Below, one piece after another: positions 19,517 through 27,323 of a stretch of DNA of 64,000 bases. The notes below the pieces were generated by a model. It had not been told where the DNA came from. It saw only the letters and a list, made by a program, of their open reading frames with translations, and ran no database searches. The stretch is from Candidatus Doudnabacteria bacterium (GTDB lineage: Bacteria > Patescibacteriota > Doudnabacteria > UBA920 > O2-02-FULL-48-8), in the NCBI GenBank assembly GCA_039931165.1, contig JBDTSL010000001.1, forward strand, positions 66,214 to 130,213, written 5' to 3'. Numbering within the stretch: the first letter of the stretch is position 1; each line of letters opens with the position of its first letter. Made by a program: the position numbers and the translations under genes.

Positions 19517-20316
19517 GTATTCAACATTAAATTGGTCAGCAAAAGCTTGGCGTTCGCGTTCTGGTCCAGGAATCTGCGGGCCTGGGCGACCTGCGAAATC
19601 CTGTCAGCCAAAGCTTTTCCGGCTTTGGTCTGCAAAACAGCTTGCAGCTTTACCAGCCAGGTCTCAAGCAGGTTTTTTATTTCCGGGGTTTCCATATCCG
19701 CGATCTCATAGGCGGCTATCAATTTTTCCGGAAGGGTTGAACCTATGAAGGTTCGGTAAAAATTTTCACTTGTTACGTAAGTCTCCAAAAACTCCTTGTC
19801 GTCCGCCATTTTACGCGCCAACCCCGGTTTGCCGCCGGCTTTTTCAAATTCAGGGCCCGCTACCAAGCCAAAATTAATTTTCTGCGTGCGGGAAATAATA
19901 GTTTTCGGCAGGCGATTGGAATTGCCGGTGATGAGAATGATTATCGTGGAAGGCTTTGGTTCTTCCAGACACTTAAGCAACGCGTTAGCCGCTTCTTCAT
20001 TCAGATCCTCGGCATTGTCTATCAGCGCGACTTTGTATTTCGCCTGATAGGGCAGAAGCGATAATTTATAAACCAGCTCGCGTATTTGCTCGATAACGAT
20101 TACTTTCTTATCTTCCGGACGTTCGATTATCAATAAATCGGGATGAAAGTTATTCCCGTCTGCCTGCAGCAATTCCTGCGCCAGTCTTAAGGCCACGGTT
20201 CTTTTTCCCACCGAATCGGGCCCGGCAAAAGTGTAGGCGTGGGCAAGCCTATCTCGCTTGATCGCGTTTTCGAGGAATTCAAGTTGCTTTTTGTGTCCGG
20301 AAATATCTTCAAACAT
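19513..20316 (-). CDS. holB: DNA polymerase III delta-prime subunit (AAA+ clamp-loader)
   Basis: P-loop FAGPDSVGKRT and clamp-loader similarity. Start chosen at MFEDISGH. TATAAT lies 6 nt upstream of the ATG. Confidence 0.7.
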   Translation of the reverse strand: MFEDISGHKKQLEFLENAIKRDRLAHAYTFAGPDSVGKRTVALRLAQELLQADGNNFHPDLLIIERPEDKKVIVIEQIRELVYKLSLLPYQAKYKVALIDNAEDLNEEAANALLKCLEEPKPSTIIILITGNSNRLPKTIISRTQKINFGLVAGPEFEKAGGKPGLARKMADDKEFLETYVTSENFYRTFIGSTLPEKLIAAYEIADMETPEIKNLLETWLVKLQAVLQTKAGKALADRISQVAQARRFLDQNANAKLLLTNLMLNT

Positions 20317-20473
20317 GCTCAAATTATAGCACATATGGTACTCCGACGCTTCGGTCGAAGGCCCGACTTCCTTGAATATTAATAGTAGACGTCGGGGGCG
20401 GGGTTGACAAGAAGGCCTGCATAGCATACTATTACAAGTTGCACATTCCGTGCTAACTAAGGAGGAGATACGC

Positions 20474-20779
20474 TTGGCCAAAGCCAATTTCGCTATCAAT
20501 GGCAAGGAAGTGACAGTTCTCTTTCACATCCAAGATGGTAGCGACTCGGACTGTTTCTACTGTCATCTCGATGGGGCTGTCGAACAGCACGCAGTCACCG
20601 AGGAAGTTCACATGGAAGGCGTTAAGCTCAATCGAACCTCAAAACTGTACCATGAAGCTGAGACCAAGCTCAAACAGCTCATGTTCTCTGGCCGTTCGCT
20701 CCACGTGGGCAAATCCTGCGAAGACAAGTGGATCGAAGAATTTCATTCGCATCCGGGGATAATGATTAATACTCCCTAA
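20474..20779 (+). CDS. Hypothetical protein in a GC-rich island; C-terminus ends in an FHSHPG motif reminiscent of JAB/MPN metalloenzymes but truncated
   Basis: TTG start in frame 9 nt after a strong SD (AAGGAGG). Local GC is clearly higher than the flanks. Confidence 0.4.
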   Translation: MAKANFAINGKEVTVLFHIQDGSDSDCFYCHLDGAVEQHAVTEEVHMEGVKLNRTSKLYHEAETKLKQLMFSGRSLHVGKSCEDKWIEEFHSHPGIMINTP

Positions 20780-20964
20780 GTTTCAGCCTCCGAATCCGTT
20801 AGCAAAACGGGAAAATGAGTGAATTCACTCAAGAGCAAATTGTTTTGTCAAAGCAACTGCTCAAGACTGAGTCGCTCAAGCGGTAACGCCTTATCAGCGT
20901 TCCCCCGGATACAGCTGTCGCTGTGTTCCGATTCCCGTTCGCTGACGCGAACAGGAGGTGCTCC

Positions 20965-21285
20965 ATGGCCGATCAGCATCACGTCCCCGCCAACCTGAAT
21001 ATGTTCAGGATGGATCTGAGTACAGCTCGTATCATCTCCATGGAATCGTTCCATAGAAATGGTGCCGGTCCGCTCTCAGATTACTATCCGCAGGGTCGCG
21101 ACGACATCCGCTTGGTTCTCGAACCAAGCATTGTCATAGCCACTCCTTCGGAACGGGGACGCGCCCACGTTCGTACGGTTGCTCTCAGCGAAGCAATTCG
21201 CTTTGAAACCAACCGTGGACTCTCTGACTCAATCGCCTGGGTCAGGGATCCGAACGGGTTGTGGTGCCGTCTGAGGCTTCTCTAA
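20965..21285 (+). CDS. Hypothetical protein in the GC-rich island
   Basis: ATG preceded by AGGAGG. Followed by a weak stem-loop and T-run (~21338-21370). Confidence 0.4.
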   Translation: MADQHHVPANLNMFRMDLSTARIISMESFHRNGAGPLSDYYPQGRDDIRLVLEPSIVIATPSERGRAHVRTVALSEAIRFETNRGLSDSIAWVRDPNGLWCRLRLL

Positions 21286-21476
21286 GCCCAGGCCGGCGCT
21301 TCACGCGCAAACTGACCGATTGGGCAGTCACCCGATCACCCCGACAACACTCTGTGTTGTTGGGTTTTTCTTTTGTCTGAATAAACAAAAATCAGCAAGT
21401 CTTTTCGAGTTGATCGTGCAACAGATTTGCGACGTTTCAACTGGACTTACTGATTCTTTTCTAAACGTTTAGTAGG

Positions 21477-21620
21477 CCCAGTATATCAACTTCGATAAAT
21501 GGCCGTTTCGCTTTTGCGCTTAAGTAAAATTAAACTCACAATTTTATGGTGGCAGACGATCTAGCTTTGATCGAGTCGGCCATTTGAACGCAAATGCGAT
21601 CGAAGTTGTATTACTGGGTA
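21477..21620. repeat. Large imperfect palindrome (~30-40 bp arms around a ~70 bp centre) in non-coding DNA
   Basis: CCCAGTAtatCAACTTCGATaAAATGGCCG pairs with CGGCCATTT...ATCGAAGTTGtatTACTGGG. A second arm pairing cgcttttgcg/cgcaaatgcg is also present. Confidence 0.45.
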
Positions 21621-21773
21621 GGCTTAACCTCAATCATCTTAAGATGTCCTAAAATTTGCGTCAAAAAAAATAAAAATCCGCGTAAATGCTCGGGTTTATT
21701 ATCGGATAGTGGACAATGTGTGGTTAATGCGGGGAGAAGCTGTTATATTTAATCAATTAATTTAAATACAAAC

Positions 21774-22008
21774 GTAAAAACCACCTTGCGGTGATTTTTA
21801 TTGAACCGGTGTGCTGTCGGATCCGCTAACTTCACCCTTACGGATTCCATTAGCCTGGGAATTGGTCCGAGAGGTTGCCCTTGCTCGTTCTTAACCGGAG
21901 TCGTTTCTTACTCCAGCGTACCAATTCGGATTCAACAGTGCCTGATCCTTCGAGCAGCCTTTTAGAGCCGTCCGCTTGATGAGGATTGCTCCTCACCAAG
22001 ACCATGGT
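21774..22008 (-). ncRNA. Candidate structured small RNA (~235 nt), bounded by a promoter and an intrinsic terminator; identity unknown
   Basis: Near-consensus promoter upstream. 3' hairpin AATCACCGCAAGGTGGTT plus T5. Internal hairpins are capped by GNRA loops (TGAGGA-GCAA-TCCTCA; CGAGcaAGG-GCAA-CCTCTCG). Partial resemblance to RNase P RNA motifs (GTAAGGGTGAA; GACAGcACaCCGG). Confidence 0.35.
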
Positions 22009-22014
22009 GAAAGC

Positions 22015-22043
22015 ATTATAGAAATAGAAATTATTCCGGTCAA
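22015..22043 (-). promoter_or_regulatory. Sigma70-like promoter (TTGACC-17-TATAAT) driving the candidate sRNA
   Basis: The minus strand reads TTGACCggaataatttctatttcTATAAT. Confidence 0.45.
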
Positions 22044-22164
22044 GCAAAATAAAAAATCTCTGAAAACCTAAGCAATCTTAATGATTTTATATAAATTGTG
22101 AATAACCTGTGTCTAACCTGCGGATTATCTGTTGAAGTAAAAAAGGCTAATCAGTTTTTAAAAT

Positions 22165-23172
22165 CTACTTGCTGGCCAAAATGCTTTTTTTATAGCTTTC
22201 CAGATTATCCAAAGCCACGCCTGTGCCTTTGACCACGCAGAGAATCGCGTCGTCGGCCACATATGCCGGAACACCAGTCGCCTGGCCGATCAATTTATCC
22301 AAATTCTTGAGCAGAGCCGTGCCGCCGGTCAGGACCATGCCTTTGTCTATGATGTCGGCAGCGAGCTCGGGCGGTGTCTCCTGGAGCACTGATCTTATGG
22401 CTTTGATAATTTCCCGCAGTTCTTCCTGGATCGCTTCCACGATCTCGTTGGTGGAAACCTGTATAGTCTTCGGCAGACCCTGGATCATGTCCCGGCCGCG
22501 GATCTCTATCGTGGTCTCTTTCTCCACCGGTAGGGCGGACCCGATCTTGATTTTTATCTCTTCGGCCGTCCTGTCTCCCACAGCCAGACCGTGTTTTTTC
22601 TTAATGTAATCCGCTATCGCCTGGTCCATTTTGTTCCCGGCCACCCGAACCGAGGTCTGGGTGACAATCCCGCCCAGCGACAAGATCGCGACGTCCGTGG
22701 TCCCTCCGCCCATATCAATGACCATGTTGCCGGACGGTGTGGCGATGTCAATGCCGGCGCCAATCGCCGCCGCCACGGTTTCTTTTATCACAAAGGCGGC
22801 TTTTGCACCCGCTGCCTGGGCCGCGTCGATCACCGCGCGCCTTTCGGTAGAGGTAATGCCGCCCGGCACCGAAATCATGACTTCCGGCCGAAAAAACCGG
22901 ACATTGCCCACGGTTTTATTTATAAAATAACGGAGCATGGCTTCGGTCACGCGGTAATCGGCGATCACTCCGTCCTTCATCGGCCTGTGCGCCACGATCG
23001 TATCGGGTGTGCGCCCGAGCATTTCTTTGGCCTCAGCTCCCACTGCCATGATCCGGTTATCAATAACCGAAATAGCCACGACTGTCGGCTCGTTGATGAC
23101 AATGCCTTTTTTGGGAACATATACCAAAGTATTGGCTGTGCCCAGATCAATTCCGATTTTTTTTAAAAACAT
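22165..23172 (-). CDS. Second MreB-family actin homolog (MreB/Mbl paralog)
   Basis: IGIDLGTANTLVYV, DMGGGTTDVAI. Clear paralog of the mreB at 13837-14895. Confidence 0.85.
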   Translation of the reverse strand: MFLKKIGIDLGTANTLVYVPKKGIVINEPTVVAISVIDNRIMAVGAEAKEMLGRTPDTIVAHRPMKDGVIADYRVTEAMLRYFINKTVGNVRFFRPEVMISVPGGITSTERRAVIDAAQAAGAKAAFVIKETVAAAIGAGIDIATPSGNMVIDMGGGTTDVAILSLGGIVTQTSVRVAGNKMDQAIADYIKKKHGLAVGDRTAEEIKIKIGSALPVEKETTIEIRGRDMIQGLPKTIQVSTNEIVEAIQEELREIIKAIRSVLQETPPELAADIIDKGMVLTGGTALLKNLDKLIGQATGVPAYVADDAILCVVKGTGVALDNLESYKKSILASK

Positions 23173-23247
23173 AAAATTAGTAGATAGTTAGATAGTAGGT
23201 AGGGAGGTAGACATCTACGTACTACCTATCTACGTACTACTTACTTG
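23173..23247. repeat. GTAG-rich imperfect palindrome upstream of the second mreB (GTAGGTAGGGAGGTAG; CTACGTACTAC x2; GTAGACATCTAC)
   Basis: Shares an 11-mer and a 12-mer with the mreB-mreC spacer element. Confidence 0.6.
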
Positions 23248-24498
23248 TTATTCTATTCTCTTAATCTCCGCTCCCAATTTACTTAATCTTTCTTCCAATT
23301 TCTCATACCCGCGGTCAATGTGATGGATGTCCGAAATTTCAGACTGGCCGGAAGCTGCCAACGCCGCAATGACCATGGTCATGCCCATTCGGATGTCGTA
23401 GCTTGTCATTTTAGCACCTTTCAGGGCTGTCGGGCCAATAATTTTTACCCGGTGCGGGTCCAGGATCTCGGCATTGGCCCCCATTTTTTTCAGCTGCTCT
23501 ACGTAGCCCAGGCGGTTTTCGTAAAGCCACTCATAGATCAGGGATTCGCCTGAAGCCTGTGTCGCCAGCACTGCCAGGGTCGGCATGTCATCGGACGCAA
23601 GCTTGGGATAAAGCCCGCACTGAATTTTGGCCCCGACATATTCGTCTGTGGGCGGCAAAACATGGACAAAATCCGGACCGATTTCAAAATTTACATTCAT
23701 TTTGGTAAGTTTAAGCAAAAAATCATCCATAAAATCCGGATTAAGCCCGCTGACTTTTATATCACTCTTTGTGGAGGCGGCCAGAGTGATAAAACCCGCG
23801 GCTTCGTTGGAATCGGGAATGAGGGAGATTTCCGCGCCATGTAGTTTTTTGACGCCCTCGACAACTACCGTCGTTGTTCCGATTCCTGTGATTTTCCCGC
23901 CCATCTTGTTAATGAATTCGCAAAGCTGTTGGACATGCGGCTCCATCGCTGCCAATTTGATCGTCGTTGTCCCCTCTGCCATACTTGCTGCCAAAATCGT
24001 GTTTTCGGTGGCAGTGACCGAGGATTCCTCCAAAACGATTTTATTGCCTACCAATTCCTGGGCCTGAAGCTCAATAAACCCATCCGTATGTGCGGATGCT
24101 CCGAGAGCTTCAAATGCCTTCAAATGAGCATCCACAGGCCTGCTGCCTATCAAATCCCCTCCGGGAAAAGTCATGCGGGCTTTATGTTTTCGGGCAAGCA
24201 AAGCACCCAGCAAAACAATCGAACCCCGCATTTTGGATGTGAACTCGGAGTTAAGCTCGCTTTTTTTTAAATTGCCGGCTGTAATAGAGACCGAATGATC
24301 GGAAGCTTTCACTTCTGCTCCAAGTTCTTTGATCAGCTCGAGCATTACTTCTTTGTCCTTGATTTCCGGAACATTGGTAAACCGGCAAGCTTCTTCGGTA
24401 AGAAGCGCTGCCGCAAAAAGCGGAAACACCGCGTTCTTTGAACCGGATACCTTGATTTCTCCGGTTAATTTTCTTCCGCCGTTGATAACAAATTTCAT
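23248..24498 (-). CDS. murA: UDP-N-acetylglucosamine 1-carboxyvinyltransferase
   Basis: Family-wide similarity; 416 aa. Confidence 0.9.
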   Translation of the reverse strand: MKFVINGGRKLTGEIKVSGSKNAVFPLFAAALLTEEACRFTNVPEIKDKEVMLELIKELGAEVKASDHSVSITAGNLKKSELNSEFTSKMRGSIVLLGALLARKHKARMTFPGGDLIGSRPVDAHLKAFEALGASAHTDGFIELQAQELVGNKIVLEESSVTATENTILAASMAEGTTTIKLAAMEPHVQQLCEFINKMGGKITGIGTTTVVVEGVKKLHGAEISLIPDSNEAAGFITLAASTKSDIKVSGLNPDFMDDFLLKLTKMNVNFEIGPDFVHVLPPTDEYVGAKIQCGLYPKLASDDMPTLAVLATQASGESLIYEWLYENRLGYVEQLKKMGANAEILDPHRVKIIGPTALKGAKMTSYDIRMGMTMVIAALAASGQSEISDIHHIDRGYEKLEERLSKLGAEIKRIE

Positions 24499-25592
24499 AT
24501 AGTCAAGCTAAAATAATTTTCCAGTTCTTCTTTGCCGAAACCCACCAGCTCCGGCTCAGGCATGATCTCCATGCCGGTTTTTGCGTAAACTTTCTGGCGC
24601 ACGAACTTAAATAATCCGGCCACATCGGTGGCTTTGGCCTGGCCTTGATTAACTATAACCAAAGCTTGCCTCTCCCACAACCTTACCCCTCCCAAAACCT
24701 TGCCCTTGAGGCCGCAAATATCTATTAAATATGCCGTAGGGATCTTTATTCCGCCAACCTGAGGAAATTTATCTTTTATCTCGGCCAGACGGGCCGCGGT
24801 CGCCGCTGAAAAATTCTTCCTGACGTTTTCTTCCAGCAGATCGTATTGATCTTCCGTAATCAGCAAATTTTTGAAAAATGAACCTGCCGTGCCGAGTGCT
24901 GACAGATCGGGAAACTTATTTTTCCGGATCTCGATAATCGCATTCCGAATTTCCAAAAGGCCGGGGTTTGGATGAGCCACCCGCTCAAAATATTTTTTTA
25001 CGTCAAAATAAGTAAGATTCGGCAGGCCGTTTTTACTCAGCGCCAAGGTCACGCTTAGGATAGCAAAACGATTTTTCCAAACCGTATTGAAATAACTTTG
25101 CCTATAGGCGAAACCACACTGGTTCTTTGCGAAATTCATAACTTTTCCGGTTTGCACATCCAAAACCTCAACGCTTTTTATCGTTTGGGAAACCTCCTGC
25201 CCGTACGCTCCGATATTTTGGACCGGAGCAGCGCCCATACTTCCCGGAATATCGGAAAGATTTTCAATCCCCCACAAATTCATGGATATGGACCTCTCCA
25301 CTACCGCGTCCCAATTTTCCCCGGCGCCGATCTTTAGTTCTGCTCCCCCTGCGGTTTCCGTAACCTCAAAACTCTTAATATCAAGACTGATGACCAATCC
25401 GCGGAAACCTTGATCCGAAACCAGCAGGTTGCTGCCGCCGCCCAAAATAAAAACGCTAAGTTTGCCTGACTTGGCAAAATCCAAAGCAATCCTTAGCTCT
25501 GCCAAATTAGGGACAGAAACATAATATTCAGCAGGCCCGCCGATGCGGAAAGTGGTGAGTTCTGACAGCAATTTGTTGGGAATTGGATTCAT
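24495..25592 (-). CDS. murB: UDP-N-acetylenolpyruvoylglucosamine reductase
   Basis: FAD-binding domain (GGGSNLL) and a MurB C-terminal domain. 4-nt overlap with murA. Confidence 0.85.
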   Translation of the reverse strand: MNPIPNKLLSELTTFRIGGPAEYYVSVPNLAELRIALDFAKSGKLSVFILGGGSNLLVSDQGFRGLVISLDIKSFEVTETAGGAELKIGAGENWDAVVERSISMNLWGIENLSDIPGSMGAAPVQNIGAYGQEVSQTIKSVEVLDVQTGKVMNFAKNQCGFAYRQSYFNTVWKNRFAILSVTLALSKNGLPNLTYFDVKKYFERVAHPNPGLLEIRNAIIEIRKNKFPDLSALGTAGSFFKNLLITEDQYDLLEENVRKNFSAATAARLAEIKDKFPQVGGIKIPTAYLIDICGLKGKVLGGVRLWERQALVIVNQGQAKATDVAGLFKFVRQKVYAKTGMEIMPEPELVGFGKEELENYFSLTI

Positions 25593-25626
25593 AGGTCTTG
25601 TGGTATTCTAGCAAAAAGCAGCAGGC

Positions 25627-26919
25627 TTGAAAACGCCTCAAATCTGTAGTAAAATGATGGCTATGACATTGAAATTTCGTTTTTCGCTGATTGGCTTTGG
25701 AATCATTTTATTCATGTTTATAACCCCTGTGCTGGTACTGTACGCCAGGGGGTTTCAGTTTGATTGGCATACTCATAAAATTGTAAAAACCGGGGCAATT
25801 GTTATCAAAACCGATCCTAGCGGAGCCGAGGTTTATCTTAGCGATAAAAAACAATCCGATACAACCCCGGACAGTATCCGATTTTTGCTGCCTGGGGACT
25901 ATAATCTTCGGATCGAAAAAGACGGCTATCAACCCTGGGCTAAAAGATTGACTGTCCGGGAACAATTCGTGACCAAGGCAGCCGAGGACCAAAATTTAAT
26001 AACACTGTTTTTCAAAGACCCGAAACCCGAGGAGCCTCGTGCCGCCAGCCAAATCTCGCTTTCAAAAACCGGGCAAGAAATATTTTATTTTGATGGCAAA
26101 CAAAACGCTGCCAGCATTAATACCTCAAATGGAAGCCTTACTCTCCAAGGCAACAAGGCCGACGCAAAACTTCCGTCTGTTCTGCCGGCCGCGATATTCA
26201 AATGGCAGAATGCCGCCCAATTTTTTGAACTTTTACAAAGCCGGGGCAAATGGGGACTGACCGACGAACAAATCGGCAAAGTCCAGGAGGCGGAGACCAC
26301 AGGAGCGCACAGTGCTGCTAAAATCGGGCCCGATCTGTATTCTCTGGACAATACCACTCCCGGACTTTTGGCAAAAAGTATAACCGCATTCACCCTGGAT
26401 GGCGAAAATATTTGGTATATTCAAGGAAGCGACCTTAAGCGCTTTGATTATTCCACAAACACTTCGGAAACAATCAATCAAATTGCCCCACTAGCCTCTA
26501 CCGCGAGAATTATCCGCGCGGATAATCAAATCTACGCAATTTTGGACAACAGTTTGTACGTGTTGAACGATACCTTTGAAAAAATCTACAGCCCGGTTTC
26601 TATGGCTTCTTATGACCCGGTTTCGAAACAAATGCTGTTCGGGAACAACAACGAGATTTTGATATACAAACCGGCTCAAAAAAATACTGTCCTGATCCAG
26701 CGCAGTTCAAGCGTCATAGGCAATCCGGTCCTGAATGCCGAAACCGGTTTTGTGTTTTTCCGCAATCAGGGCAAGATAAAAGCCGTCGAACTCGACGGCC
26801 GTGATCATAGAAATCTTTATACGATCGCGGACGATTTAGGAAATTTTGCAATTTCACCTGACGGCAAAACATTATACACATTCAACGATAAGCAGCTAAA
26901 AAAATATACAATTCGTTAG
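25627..26919 (+). CDS. PEGA-domain membrane protein with a C-terminal beta-propeller-like region
   Basis: TM helix, then a PEGA-like segment (VIKTDPSGAEVYL...GDYNLRIEKDGYQPW). TTG start per the ORF track; alternative ATGs at 25654-25665. Confidence 0.55.
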   Translation: MKTPQICSKMMAMTLKFRFSLIGFGIILFMFITPVLVLYARGFQFDWHTHKIVKTGAIVIKTDPSGAEVYLSDKKQSDTTPDSIRFLLPGDYNLRIEKDGYQPWAKRLTVREQFVTKAAEDQNLITLFFKDPKPEEPRAASQISLSKTGQEIFYFDGKQNAASINTSNGSLTLQGNKADAKLPSVLPAAIFKWQNAAQFFELLQSRGKWGLTDEQIGKVQEAETTGAHSAAKIGPDLYSLDNTTPGLLAKSITAFTLDGENIWYIQGSDLKRFDYSTNTSETINQIAPLASTARIIRADNQIYAILDNSLYVLNDTFEKIYSPVSMASYDPVSKQMLFGNNNEILIYKPAQKNTVLIQRSSSVIGNPVLNAETGFVFFRNQGKIKAVELDGRDHRNLYTIADDLGNFAISPDGKTLYTFNDKQLKKYTIR

Positions 26920-27323
26920 AATCCTGCCTCATCTAGCGCTTCATTGACCAACTGGTCGGCGAGCTTGTTTTTTTCGCGCGGCACGTTCCTGAATTCAACA
27001 TTTTTAATCTGGTTTTTTAACCTTATGACCTGCATCATCGGTTCCTTCAGGCTTTGTTCCCGCACTTTATATTTACCCTGTATTTGCCGGACCACCAACT
27101 CGGAATCCAAATAACAGACAACTTCTTTTGCTCCCAGCGATACTACCGCTTCTAGTCCTGCTATCAAGGCCCTGTACTCGGCCTGATTGTTGGTTGTAAA
27201 GTCGATGACGCGTCCAAAACGCTTTAATTCCTTGCCGGAATCATCATAAACCACAACGCCGATCGCGGCAGGGCCCGGATTCCCCCGAGCTCCGCCGTCC
27301 GTATAAACGATCAGTTTATTCAT
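26916..27323 (-). CDS. rnhA: Ribonuclease HI
   Basis: VYTDGGARGNPGPAA N-terminus and DEDD catalytic residues. Confidence 0.85.
   Translation of the reverse strand: MNKLIVYTDGGARGNPGPAAIGVVVYDDSGKELKRFGRVIDFTTNNQAEYRALIAGLEAVVSLGAKEVVCYLDSELVVRQIQGKYKVREQSLKEPMMQVIRLKNQIKNVEFRNVPREKNKLADQLVNEALDEAGF

Noticed and set aside
20474-20779. Annotating the island ORF as a JAB/MPN metalloprotease
   Set aside because: Only the FHSHPG core matches. The protein ends 6 aa later without the S-x-x-D, and the upstream Glu context is unclear. At most it is a truncated remnant.
21774-22008. Calling the sRNA candidate RNase P RNA
   Set aside because: Only two short motif resemblances. At ~235 nt it lacks the P1-P4 5' region and the P15-P18 region expected even in reduced bacterial RNase P RNAs. 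It is kept as an unclassified sRNA candidate.
21850-22047. 65-aa minus-strand ORF inside the ORF-free region
   Set aside because: It overlaps the structured sRNA candidate and its promoter. It has no RBS and no recognisable protein features.
5831-22164. tRNA genes in the longer intergenic regions (5831-5981, 8237-8397, 10118-10298, 14896-15055, 21286-22164, 63245-63396)
   Set aside because: No cloverleaf-compatible segments and no GTTCGA/T-loop plus acceptor-stem pairing were found by eye. A tRNAscan run would be needed to be certain.
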